Assembly (NCBI GenBank): GCA_028534125.1
Contig: CM052817.1
Coordinates: 94,676,001 to 94,740,000, forward strand
DNA: 64,000 nt
Source of the DNA: Lama glama
Taxonomy: Eukaryota
Direction: 5' to 3'
Each line of letters opens with the position of its first letter. The stretch's first letter is position 1. This document shows, piece by piece, positions 22,831 to 35,149 of this stretch. Position numbers and translations under genes: made by a program. The notes under the pieces were generated by a model. It did not search any database. It worked only from the letters and a program-made list of their open reading frames with translations, and was not told where the DNA came from.

Positions 22831-25561
22831 ATAAACACATAGGTACTTACACATAACCACATGTATCATTACTGGATTCCTTATAGCTGGATATTAAAGA
22901 TTTTTTTTTCTTTCTTACTATGAACAAGCTAAAGAACACAGACGTGGGGATTAGACATTAAATTTTCAACTAACAATCAGTATCTCAGTATAATGAGATT
23001 ATGGTTGATTTAAAAAATTAACCCAGTATGTACTTTCTCAAAGAATAAATGTGTATTACTTGCTTAGTAAGACAATAAAAAAAGTGGACAAAAACAAGCT
23101 AACCCAATATTCATTGTACCGCATCCTGTACTCTGGCGGATCAGCATACCACGCGCACATCCCTCACTGACAGCTAACAGGCTATCATGCTGGCGTGGTA
23201 AAACACAGCAGTCCTTGCTTTGAAATGCATTCAGCGAATATCTGCTATCAATGTTAATCAATTTATCAACTGTCTTTGTGTTTAAAAGAAATTCTAAATG
23301 TGGCCAGTAGTTTAAATGTCACTTCACGCCATCATCACTAGAGTCAATGCACAAGTACTGCTGTAGCTTGAATTCCTGGGGAAAAAATGTGCCCAGATTC
23401 AAACAAACTTGAAAACTCCAAACAGAGTCTTTTATTAGTGACCCCTAATGACCCACAATCAAGGCTAAACATCTTGGCTAAACAATTATCTTTGGGAATT
23501 GAAATGTAAACAGAGAAAATTCCCCATCTGCCCTTACCCTATGTGGCGGTTCCTCTCCAGCCATAACACATCCACATACATCCTCTCCACGTGAAAAAGG
23601 TCCTGGTACAATGTTTTAAAGTTTTCACTTTCTCATTTAGAAAGCAAAATGTATATAATTATATATCTATATATCCAATAAACTGATTTTCCCTAAACAA
23701 AACCCAGCGTAAAACTATATAGGAGACAGCAGACTTCGTTTCTACAACCAGGCGCACAAAATGCCTCCTGAATGTTACCTTGGCTCCTTCCACTCATGCT
23801 TCCAAGTCCGTTTGCCCCTCAAATATCATCATAGGAATAGCTTTTTGAAACTCAAGTGTACTCATCTCACACAAGTCTTTAGAATGATGTCCTAAGAGCT
23901 GTTTCACGTCAGACCCTAGGGTGCTGATTAAAAGTTCTGGAAATAAACTTTAAAATGTGTGGAGGTATACGAGTGTGTGTTTAGAAGGGACTTCACCAAG
24001 AATCGGTTTATGATTTTGCACTGGGCTCTAAAGAATTAAGACGAGTACAAACCTTGGTGCCCAGTATAAACCCCAAGGTGGTAGGTCAAAGTCAGTGAGG
24101 ATACTGTTTGTTAAGAGGCAGAACGTTGTACCCTCATATACTTCTACTTTGAATAGACATTATTTCGGGGCTGATTTCCTTTAACACTTACTATATGCTT
24201 TATGAATAAAGAGCCATTTCAGGAGCCTTCCTTTCAGAGTCATGTTTAGCCACACAAACCCCTTGCAGAGAGAGAACTAAAATAAATTTCTTTCATTTTA
24301 TTTTTCTGCAGTCACAAACCTCTGCAAATGCAGGGATAAACAAGAACTGCCAAAGGCAAATAATCCTTTCAGCGGACGGTTTTAGCAGAACATCAACTTG
24401 TCCTCGCCCTGCCTTGTGACTCCTGTTGCTTACTTTCTAAAGAAATGACACTATTTTTTAAAACTGTAAATGTCCTTATGTAGCATTCAAAATAAATGGA
24501 GAGAAAAAGCACAATAAAAGGGGAAATAGTAAGTGATTAAATTAAACTCTAGCCCTTTACTTGGCCATCTGTCTTCAATTTCAGGCATGTTGTTTTTGAG
24601 TAGCGTCCCATTGTAACCGAATACAATAGGATAGGCAAGTTAATGAACTACGACACATCTCATCATAAATGTGATGTATTACCGAGGCAAAGCCACCCAA
24701 GCTGCCAGGCAGCTACTGTTTTCCTGTGAAGCTACTAGTTTTTAGTTCAGTGCTCTGGGGAAAGAGTAGTCTCATTTATCTTTGTGTTTGTTCTAAACTC
24801 TCAGACTGCTCCCCTACCCCTTTTCTCCTTTCCTGACCTTGATCTTTGAAGAAAAATAAAAAAGGTAGAGCAGCTGCCGAGAGATGTAGACAAAGGAGAA
24901 AGAGGTGAGATTTGGACTTGAAAGAAAAATATGTGTTCATCATTTTCATCCCCAATCAGAATTCCTCAGTAAATTACAAAATGAGTTGTGCTAACATGGA
25001 GACACTTATCGGCCAATTCAGTTATTGACCAACTGTGTTTTTGTGTCTCCTTCTGAAACTGAGTCCTTTCCTCTGAAAACACCTAATTGGTTTATATTTT
25101 TAAAATTTATTTAGACCACACTATTCTCTGAAGTATTGGATTTAATTTCTTGCTTATGAAACACATTTAAAATGTTATTAGAAATGAAATACACAGTGTT
25201 AGAAACTAGGAGAGTTAAAAGATTGCACTGGAGGAGTCTGAGTCTCCCCAATCCATTTTTAGTTTTGTGTCTAATGGATTGAGTAATTTTGATTTAACAG
25301 GATAGTTGGTTGTAAGGCTCATTAATGTACAAGATTAAGGATCTCTTCCTGAATTCATTTCCTTCTCTGACTTTACCCTTCCAATCTATTCCTCTTTAAC
25401 TACTCAAGTGAAAAATTGTCCTCCCTACTTACGTGAGCTGATTTAGGACAGGAAGTTGATTCCTCATTTGCAAGTGCTGGAAAGCAACATGACCCATACT
25501 GCATTAGAATTTTCCACTTCCTATGGGAGTCTTACTTTCCAGCATCAATTCTTATGCAGAA

Positions 25562-26200
25562 TGTGGTAGACAGAAGGCTGAGATTCCCACCCCTGGTGTA
25601 TACACACTGTAGGCTCCCCTTCCCTTGAGTGTGAGCAAGACTGGGGATGTGATGGATTTCACTCCCATCATGAGGCTACCTGATATTGCACAGATGAAAA
25701 GATTCTGCAGATGAAACCAAGGTCCTAAATCAAGGCCTCTGGAGACCCTGGATAAGCCTGACCTAATCAGGTGAGCCTTGAAAAGGGACCAGGATCTTTC
25801 TGAAAGGAGAGAGTCAAAGTGCAGAGGTTTCTCCTGCTGGCCTGGAAGGAGCAAAGCGCTATGTTATGAAGAGGGCCGTGTGCAGGGGATGATGGATGGC
25901 TAGGAGCTGCGAGTGACCACTGCCTGACAGCCTGCAAGACAAGAGGGAGCTGAGTCCCACAGCTGCAAGGAACTGAAATCCTCTGAAACCTGAATGAGCT
26001 TGGAAGAGGAAGCAGAACCTCAGATGAAATCACAACCCATGCCGACACCTTGATTTCAACCTGGTGAGACCCTGAATAGAGGACCCAGCTACCTTGTGCC
26101 TGGACTCCTGACTTACGGAAACTGTGAGATAAGAAGTTTGTGATGTTTTAAGTCACTGAATGTGTGGTAACTTGTTATAGAGCAACGGAAAATTAATACA
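25562..26200 (+). mobile_element. MLT1 (MLT1E-like) MaLR solo LTR, near full length
   Basis: Starts tgtggtagacag and ends ...gttttaagtcactgaatgtgtggtaacttgttatagagcaacggaaaattaataca. Internal 'cagctgcaaggaactgaa...ctgaatgagcttggaagagg' and 'gccgacaccttgatttca.cctggtgagaccctga'. Confidence 0.9.
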
Positions 26201-26649
26201 CACAGCTTTGCCTTTGCTGTTATGAATTATGAGTAATACTAAATAGTGACCATTCAGGGGAATGAATGTAAGGCTGAGAATTGGCAGGAAATTAATCATC
26301 AAACACTTTACGATGCCCCTGAGTGGATTTAAAAGCTGTGTGACTAGAAAAGGACCAAATGTCATCCAAAAGGAACTCTCCTGGAATGTTATTTACTCCA
26401 ACTTTGGTCTTCAGTGTAAATGAGCCCACAGCGAAGTCCTTAACTGGAGTAAATAGGACCTTGGGCCCAGGGTCACTGTAAAGGGAGCAATCCAGGAAAA
26501 AAGTGCTCAGTAATGGTTTACACATCAGAGGAGACATGGGTCCCCTGTTAGTTTTGTTGGTCCTGGTTTTCAGTCTACAACTCTTGGAAGTGACAATTAT
26601 TCTTTGATATCACATGGATACTCTTTATCCATAAAGAAATCATTTGTCA

Positions 26650-26780
26650 AGAGTGATAGAGGTGTTAGCTAATGCTGTGGTGGTAACCACATTGCAGTAT
26701 ACGAATGCATCAAATCAACATGCTGTACACCTTGAACTTACACAAGGTCATACATCAATTACATCTGAATTTTAAAAAGA
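26650..26780 (+). mobile_element. L1MA-like 3' end fragment
   Basis: gtggtaaccacattgcagtatacgaatgcatcaaatcaacatgctgtacaccttgaacttacacaaggtcatacatcaattacatc. Confidence 0.8.
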
Positions 26781-26891
26781 GCATATTAATAACCTAAAAG
26801 AGTAAATACTAGTTTCAAAGATGTTTAAATTATCACTCTCATATAACTGACACATAGCAAGGACTTCAGAAGTCTATCAAAAACCTCAAAA

Positions 26892-27081
26892 TAGGGTTGC
26901 CAGATCAAATACAGGGTGTCCAGTGAAATTTAAATCTTGGATTAATAACAAATAATGTTTTAGTGCAAGTATCGCCCAAACATTTCATAGACATACTTAT
27001 ATTAAACATTGTTCATTGTTTATCTGAGATTCAGTTTTAACTGTGCATCCTGAATTTTTATTTGCTAGATCTACAACCCTA
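26892..27081. mobile_element. MER53-like palindromic hAT MITE
   Basis: Terminal inverted repeats tagggttgccagat ... agatctacaacccta. Internal inverted symmetry (cagggtgtccagtgaaatttaaatct / agattcagttttaactgtgcatcctg). Length about 190 bp. Confidence 0.85.
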
Positions 27082-27552
27082 CAAAAGATAGTAGGATGAA
27101 ATCACTCTGAACTTCCCAGACTGAACTTTTGATTCTTGAAGTCATTAGCTTGCATGTTACCTGGAAAGGAAAGAACAGCAGAGAAAACCATTTCCTACTC
27201 AATTTTCTCCATTGGTCTGTGTACACAGTCCTGAACCAAAGGTAAATTTTCAGTAATAACTGTCCTTCCGTGCAATCAAAATAGTACAGAGGCGCATGTT
27301 AAGTATCAAAAATACCTAATTTTTAGTCACATTTAATCAAGCTATTTTTAAGTAGACATGGAGGATGGATTTATGAAGTACTTAGTATAATCTAACATAC
27401 ATGCCATGCAAATGAAAGACCAAAATACAGTCTGCTGGATTGAGGAGTTTAAGTTTGTGTTAAAGAAACCGTAAAGATACATGGAGCACAACTGGAAAGA
27501 GATGGAGACCTGAAACTTACTCAGTGTTCAAGTTCAAGTGTGTGCTCTACAG

Positions 27553-28450
27553 ACTCATTCATTTACTCGTGCATCGGAGAGACCCATGTTCAGGTCCAGT
27601 CCCAGTGTTAGTAAAAAACAAAGCAAATCTGTGAACGAATCAGTTTCTTTTTTCAATAGAGCTTCCATTCTAGTTGAGGGTAGATAGATAATAAACAAAT
27701 GAATTAATACAGAAATATCTGCTAGTAATCCTTTCTATGATGACTATTAAAAAGGGAATTCGGGAGTGAATTTAGATTTGGGGTAAGCAAGGCTGTCTCC
27801 AAGGAGGTGATATTTCAGCTGTGCAACAAGAAGGAAACAGCCCACAGGATGACTGAGGAGAAGCAGGACTCCAGTAGGGAGCTAAGTGAATGCAAAGACC
27901 AAAAGGTAGAAGGCAGAGACCAGCTTGCTATCACTGGATCAACAGAGAGAAGGATCAAGGGACTGAATCAGAAAGGGGAGGTGGAAGCAGGGCCATTTAG
28001 ACCAAGAGTTTGTTCCAAGTGTTCTAAGTTTTGTTCTAAGAGACATGGAAAGGTTTCAAGCAGGAGAGTAACAAGATCTGATACAGGTTTTAAAATAACT
28101 GATCTTAGTTGCTGGGAGACACAGAATTGTCTGGACACAATAACTGAGGAAGAGTAGAAACCAAAGCAGCAATGGAGAGGCTATGATCCTAAGCAGGCGA
28201 GGCAGTGGTGGTTTGTCCCAAGCTGGAATGAAGGTGGAGACAGAGGTGAGGTTTGAGATGTATTCTGGAGGCAAAGCTGGTAGGATTTGCTGATGGCAAG
28301 GTAGGAATCAAGGGTACATCCTGCGGTTTTGACTTAAGCACCTGGATGATGACAGTACCATTTACTGAGAAGGCAAATGACGTAACCAAGGTTGAGATGT
28401 CTGAGATGCTTCAGTCAGCTAAGTGGATCTGTTAAATAGGAGAGCAAGGT
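27553..28450 (-). mobile_element. L2 LINE 3' portion
   Basis: actcattcatttactc terminus, 'gagcttccattctagttgaggg', 'ttgagatgtattctggagg', 'ggatttgctgatgg', 'ggttttgacttaagcacctggatgatgacagtaccatttactgaga'. Confidence 0.85.
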
Positions 28451-28794
28451 TAAATCTGGGCTGTCACAGTCTAGAAAGAACTCATAGGAAAAAGAGGACT
28501 TGCCTTTAAAAAGTGGGATGGAGTCAAATGGCTAGTGGAAGAATTTTCTGCATTTCTTGTAGAGCAAATAAAATTAGAAAAAGATGTAAAGTGAGAATAA
28601 GCATGAAGTGTGGTTGGAGGTGAAAGAACGGGGAACTGATGTTGAGAGAAAGTAAGAGGTAAAATTAGAACTGTAAAGTAGGGCTAGTTTATAGGGATCT
28701 CCAAAAAAATAGAGTTTGAATTCTTTCTCAAAAAAAACCAAAACAAAACATGGAGCCATTGCCAATTCTGGTGCAGGAACTAGGATAAATTTCA

Positions 28795-28893
28795 GTTCTG
28801 ATCTGTTCTCTGTTTTATCCCCAAATCTTAACACAAAGTCTGGTGCATAGAAAGTGGTCAGTTTGTTAAATAAATGAATGGACAATGAATGAA
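28795..28893 (+). mobile_element. L2 3' end
   Basis: ttctctgttttatccccaaatcttaacacaaagtctggtgcatagaaagtggtcagtttgttaaataaatgaatg. Confidence 0.7.
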
Positions 28894-30654
28894 CGATTGT
28901 ATAGCTAATTGTGTTTGCACAATGAAAAGACAATGAGTTAAAAAAGCAATGACGGCTCCTTATTTCATACATCTAAGTTTTCAGGAGAGGAGATAAAGTC
29001 TTTGTATAATACAGTGGTGGAGAGAAGGAAATAAAAGATGCCTTACTGTATTGCCCAACATGGTAAGATGAAAAAAGTAGATAGAAAATATAAATTCAGT
29101 CTATCTAAAGATATTAAAGTTTTAAATATCGCAAGAGATTTCTACTAAAACAATGAATTCAACAGAGAACGTGGTTGATTAATGAGTTCAGCAAAACTTG
29201 GACAGGATTTTTTTAATCTCCAAAAAATGAAGTGGCCGCGACTTTTAACTACTCATTCAATTCTTACGTAGTTTTAAAGTTGAAAGTTCATGTAATTTTT
29301 GCTCAGCGTGTCTGCAGCATTTCTGCTGAAATTTGAAATTGATTTGATTGTTTCCTGGGGCACAATATCAGTATCCAGAGGAATCAAGATCTTCCTTTTC
29401 TTTGTAACTTGCTACTGTTCCAGACAATCTCCACCTTCTACAAGTCTGTGATTGTCATACGTTGGTGTTTGTACGTGCAGATACACAAGTATGTTCTAGT
29501 TTTGTGATGGTACAGATGGTTGTGTTGCATTGTTACCTCAAGAAGTAAACTAAATCACTGCTCAACATCACAAAGAGGGAAGCAGAGGATAAGAAGCCTC
29601 CCAGAAAGTCGGTTAACTTTGATGGCACTCACTTGCTATTGGCCTCGAAGCTCTCGGATTATACTTTTTTTTTTAATTGGATCATTATTTTAATGGGCGT
29701 TTTTAAAGGGCATTTTAATAGCTTCCCTGTTTCAGCAGATATACATTGAAAAGCATTTGGCATGCCTCCCAGGTGCAACATTTTTGATCTTCACATTTCT
29801 TAGAATTCTGACAACCTACCAGGTAACAGTTAGTATGATATTATGCTGACACATTCCAGAGTTGGCAGTTGTTAGATTTGCCAATGCAGTGGGTTGCCCA
29901 GATCCCATGGGTCTGAGATTCATTGCCTTTTCCTTTTACCCACCCCTGCATAGGCCCTTCCCCCATCTCTTTCTTTAACTCTTTTGACTTGAATATTCTC
30001 TGGGCATATTTTTAGATACATCGTGACTATTCACAGCAAATGCGTGACCTAGTACAAAACAAGAATTAACCACAGAAATTCTTATGTTCTGAATTTACAC
30101 CATTCTGTGTAATTTGAAGAATGAGAGATAGCTTGTTTAGAGCAAAGATATTTGTTTTCTCTACCCAGAGTCATGCCATTCTCAGAACTCTCCCAAATTC
30201 GCAGACGGATTGCGTAGGTGATCTGTAAACCCTCTGAAAAGCTAAATCCAACAGAATGACTCGGCTGTGGCCACCACTCAGATTTCTTCTTTCTCAAACA
30301 AGAACTTCACACATGGAAAGGAACAGGGAGGGAAAACATTAGAAAATGATTATAAATGATCATAAAAATTCTTCAAAAATTGCCTTTTTGGCAGCCAATG
30401 GTAACAAGGGATGGACAAATGTCAAGCTCTCCTGGTGTTGCGTTCACTTCAAATCTGTTGGAAACCATCTTCTTCCTGACTGAAGAAGCAAAGAGAAGAA
30501 GTCAGATCACAGTGTTAGGGAGCCTCCTGGCTTACAGTGGGGCTCCCTGACTGCTGCTCCCTGTTGCGTTGTTCTAGGTTCAGGTAAGGAGAAGGGTCAT
30601 GGGAGCTGATATAGACATTAGACCAAGGTATTCTTGACACAGCACTAGGTCCGG

Positions 30655-31690
30655 TGCATTCCTTCCTTCATTTATTTAAAAAAGGTTTATTGGGTACTAG
30701 CCATGAACCAAGCATGGAGCTAGGTACTAGAAACATAAAGACAGAAATAAGGCCTGAGCTCAAGGAGGTAGACATCTCGAGAGGAGACAGAGTCATAAAC
30801 AGATAAATAGGACCCGATACTAAAACCAGATCCACGTGGTAGCAATTATGAGGGTGTGGAGGAAGGGCTCTTAATCCAACTGGGATGAACTTGAGGGAGT
30901 GATTCCTAAACTGAGTTAATAATAGACTGTCAATAGTGAGGTGAGCTTGAGCATGGAAGGCTATGAGGACCACATAAGCAAATACACTAAGTTGATAGCT
31001 CACATAATGTGTTTGGAGAACTTCATGTAGTGCAGCGTTTCTGTTTTATAAAGTGTGAGATGTGGGCAAAGAGAAATGGTACTGAAGAAATCAGGCTTGA
31101 AGTTCAGTTGTTTTTGGTCCTTCCTACCACAAAGTCATATATGGCTGTTTAAATTTAAATGAAGTAATAGTTCCAAAAACAAAAATGTGGTTGTTCAGCT
31201 GCACTAGTTTCATTTCACCTGCTCGACAGTCACGCGAAGTTAGTGGCTAACATGATAGTGTCGATGATAGAACATTTCCATCAGCTCTGAAAGTTCTGCT
31301 GGGGAGTGCTGGTGTAGATGGTCCTGAACCTCTGCAGTGTTGTAGGTGAAGTTAGATTTAGGTCTTAGACTCACAGTGGGGACTCTGGAGAACAAATCTG
31401 AAAAGAGAAGATGGAGGCAGGAGCTCATTTAGAGAGACTGTTTAATGGTCCATGGAATTTCCATTCTAGTGGGAAACAGATTAAAAAATAAATAGTATGT
31501 AACATACTTAACACGTCAGAGAGCGACAAGTGTCAGAGACAAAAACAGGAAGGAAGGAGACTAGAAGGGGCTGATGGCGGGTTCAAATGTAAATAAAGTG
31601 TTTAGAGAAGGTCTCACTGAGAAAGTGAGTTTTAACATAAGACATGAAAGAGGTTAAAAGCATGACTTAGGTATCTGAGGAAGAGATGCA
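30655..31690 (-). mobile_element. L2 fragments interrupted by a MER3-like MITE
   Basis: cattccttccttcatttattt...tttattgggtactagccatgaaccaagcatggagctaggtact terminus. Further L2 pieces at about 31310-31690. Confidence 0.7.
31130..31312. mobile_element. MER3-like hAT-Charlie MITE
   Basis: catatatggctgtttaaatttaaat...gcactagtttcatttcacctgctcgacagtcac...gttagtggcta...atagaacatttccatcagctctgaaagttctgctggggagtgctg. Confidence 0.75.
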
Positions 31691-31757
31691 TGAATAGCGT
31701 GGTCTATTTAAAAGACATGTGCATTATGGTTTAAAATTTTTATGTCCTTTATCTCAT

Positions 31758-32148
31758 TGAATCAGTCAGGGTTCTTCAAAGAAATAAAGCCAATAATATA
31801 CGTGTGTGCATGTGCATGTGTGTGTGTCTGTATGTGTGTAAATATGTATGCATATCTAAAGAGACTTTTTAATGAATAAGCTAATGCAATTATGCAATTG
31901 TGGGGGCTGGAAAGTCTAAAATCTGTAGGGCCAGCTGGAAACTCAGGCAGAATTGATCCTGCAGTTCTGAGGCAGAATTTCTTCTTCTTCAGGAATCCTT
32001 ACTTTTTGCTCTTAAGATCTTCAACTGATAGGATGGGGCCCATTTCCATTATCAAGGATAATCTTTTTTTTATAGAAAGTCAATTGATTGCCTGTTCTAA
32101 TCACAGCAATGAAACAGCCTCTCAGCAACCTCTAGCCTAACCATCACA
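31758..32148 (-). mobile_element. MLT2-family solo LTR inserted in a MIR
   Basis: tgaatcagtcagggttcttcaaagaaa ... cttcaactgataggatggggccca ... taaccatcaca. Near-perfect 5-bp TSD ctcat (31753-31757) / cttat (32149-32153). MIR-like sequence continues at about 32155-32290. Confidence 0.85.
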
Positions 32149-32359
32149 CTTATCTAACCCCCACGTTTCAGATAAGGGAATAGATGTTCATAAAGACTAA
32201 AAACTTGCCCGAACTAATTCAAAGAGTGCAAAGCCTAACACCTATCTAAGTCTCCTGACATTAAATCTAGGTCTCATTTTGCTGCCCAAAGAAACCTAAA
32301 TTAGACCCCATAGGGAGCTCCAGATTAAAGAAGAGATTCAGACATGCATTCATATTTTA

Positions 32360-33530
32360 GGACACTCACAACTGAACTCTATTTTTCAATGGAAAGTTTG
32401 TACCTGTATCTCTCTGAATATTTTTTCTACCCTGTGATTTTTTCTATTCTGACTTTATGGTACTTCTACTGGATATATGTTGAAAGTCAGGGTCCCAAGT
32501 CCATAATCCCTCTTTCTTATTTTTCATTTCTTCATCTCTCTGTAGTGTATTCAGAGGAGTTTCCTCACAACTACATTTCAGTTTATGAATTTTCTCCTCT
32601 CTCATGTTAGTATGCCTTTAACCCCCAAATTTAATACTTTTATAACAATTCTTATGGGTTTTTTTGTTGCTAGACATTCTTTTTGGGTTTTTTTTTAACA
32701 TTTTTTATTGATTTATAATCATTTTACAATGTTGTGTCAAATTCCAGTGTTCAGCACAATTTTTCAGTCATTCATGGACATATACACACTCATTGTCACA
32801 TTTTTTCTCTGTGATTTATCATAACTCTTTCTGGTTTTTGACTCTATGTTCCTTTTCTTTTTCTTTTTCTCTTTGCTCCCTATTTGTCTGATGTTATTTT
32901 AAACATACTTATTTTAGAAAATTCTATTAAGTAATTACATTTTCTGACGCTTCTGAGAGTTTAAGCCTATAGTTGGATGTGCCCTCCAATTTTTGCTTAT
33001 AGTAACGGAGTTTTCACCATATATTTTATAATTTGGGATTGACTCATCTTCAGTGGAGTTCTACACAGTGGAATCCTTTGTGGCTTGGGCTAAGGACATG
33101 TCCCTCCAGAGGTATTTTGCATTTGCTCCTCCAGGCAACCTAAGGACATCTCCAGCCTGGGACTAATTTAATATTAATTCTTTTATTTCAGGGACACAAA
33201 CTATGCAAGTCATGCAATTTGAACATCAAACCCAAGTGTGATGTAAGCCCATGGGAATGAATTTTCAAGAGAGACTGACCCCAGCAATAATAGAGTCACA
33301 AACAAACAAGTTTCTTTGTAACGTCCTTCTGCCAATGGGAAGATTTTTATAGTTCAGTTTTCTACTGAGGCTTCAGACTTTGAGTATCCAGAGTTTTATA
33401 TAAGTCTAAGTTCCAAGTCCTTGCTTTACTGGAGCTTGAGGTAAATGAACTCTAGACTGACTTATCTCCCTTTAACCTCTAGGGTAGCCAGGTTACTTAT
33501 GCTCTGGTTTTCAATTCCCTGTTTGTTTCT
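32360..33530 (-). mobile_element. Decayed L1ME/HAL1-like 5'/ORF1 remnant
   Basis: T-rich antisense ORF1-like sequence and motifs 'ccagaggtattttgcatttgctcctccaggca', 'agcctgggactaatt'. Weak similarity only. Confidence 0.35.
32690..32825 (-). mobile_element. Short young camelid-type L1 3' end
   Basis: ttttttattgatttataatcattttacaatgttgtgtcaaattccagtgttcagcacaatttttcagtcattcatggacatatacacactcattgtcac. Confidence 0.8.
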
Positions 33531-33879
33531 GACAGATAAATTAGATTGATACATAGTGTGTCAGAAAATACAGTAAGTATTCTTTTTGACTATAACTGCC
33601 TGTTACTTGGCTAGACACACACACACAGACACACACACATCCAACACTCACAAAGGCACTTCCTATGCAAACAGTGTTACTAATAGTCACTATCCATTGA
33701 GCCCTTGGAATGTGACAGGAACCATGCCACCTTGTGTATATCATCCCAATAATAACATTCTAAGTAGTACAGTTGTTATACCCATTTTGCAGGTAGAATT
33801 TGAGAACTTGGGAAACTACCTTAAAGAGACAGAGCTGGCATGGTAACTCAAAGTTATCTGAATCAGTGAAGATGTTCTT

Positions 33880-34029
33880 TTTTTAAAAGATGTATTTATT
33901 TACTTTGTTTTTGGGGGGAGGTAATTAGGTTTGTTTATTTATTTATTTTTAGAGGAGGTACTGGGGATTGAACCCAGGACCTCATGCATGCTAAGCATGT
34001 GCTCTACCACTTGAGCTATACCCTCACCC
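33880..34029 (-). mobile_element. Vic-1-type SINE inserted in a MIR (about 33690-34060)
   Basis: ggggggaggtaattaggtttgtttatttattt...gtactggggattgaacccaggacctcatgcatgctaagcatgtgctctaccacttgagctataccctcaccc. TSD tgaagatgttctt / tgaaatgttctt. Confidence 0.93.
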
Positions 34030-34204
34030 TGAAATGTTCTTAATCTTCATTCCATACGGCTTCCACATATGTGAGAAAAAGTCTCACCATATGCATGTCT
34101 TTTCTGTTTTAAAAACTTTTAGTTTAACAAAATAGTCATACTGTTTATAAATTGATAGGGATTGCATTAATGTATTTGTATTTTGTCAACCAAGTGTCAT
34201 TTCT

Positions 34205-34568
34205 TTTAAAAAAAATTTTATATAATTTTGAAAGGTTACTTTCCATTTATATTATGAAATATTGGCTATATTCTCCGTGTTGTGCAATACACACTTGAGC
34301 CTGGCTTATACCCAAATCTTCGTACCTCCCTCTCCCCCACCCTTACATTGCCCCCCATTGGTAACTATAAGTTTGTTCTCTGTGTCTGTGAGTCTGCTTC
34401 TTTTTTGTTATATCACCTAGTTAGCTGTATTTTTTAGATTCCACACATAAGTGATACCATAACATTTGTCTTTCTCTGTCTGGCTTACTTCACTTAGCAT
34501 AACTTGCCCTCCAATGTTCATCCATGTTGCTGCAAATGGCAAAATTTTGTTCTGTTTATGGCTGCATA
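34205..34568 (-). mobile_element. 5'-truncated L1 3' end with TSD
   Basis: Antisense L1 3' UTR (tttttagattccacacataagtgatacc...ttcatccatgttgctgcaaatggc). TSD tgtcatttct at 34195-34204 and 34569-34578. Confidence 0.9.
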
Positions 34569-35149
34569 TGTCATTTCTGTATTTAAAGTCAGGTGGAAAA
34601 TTTATCATGGGAAAGATTACATTAATTTGCTTTTGCAAACTGGATTTTGAAGGAAGCAAAAATATAATAAACTTAGATTTCTTCTTCAAGCCAGGAAATT
34701 ATCTGTCCACCTAAATAAATTATGCAAATTACCAGATGAACCTTTCACATACAGAATTTCAATAATTTTATAGAAATGTTGTTTCCTTCTTTTCATTACT
34801 ATGATAGTTTTTATAAGGTATAGACACCAATCCAGACTCTCTTTTGTAACCCCCAAGGTTCCCAGTAATCATAGTAGTATGACATTTTTTAAATAAGGCA
34901 GCCTCATTGGGACAACTCTTATTCTATGAACACTTTTATATCTTTGAACCAAAATAGATCTCACTTTATTTTTTCCTAGAAGATTCCCCTGTTTGGCTAA
35001 AGTCGTGGTTAAAAATAGACTGACAAAGGAGGGCTGCTGTCCAGTAGCATCAAGAACAAAAAATAAGGTATATGTCTGCTTAAGAATAACACCAAATTCC
35101 CCAATTTTAATGTATTTTTGCTACTGTAAATAGTAGAGCAATGAAAACT

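Noticed and set aside
22080..23665. 18-bp inverted repeat pair (22080-22097 and 23648-23665) built on the palindrome TATATAATTATATA
   Set aside because: Low-complexity AT sequence with no TSD or transposon body, so probably coincidental.
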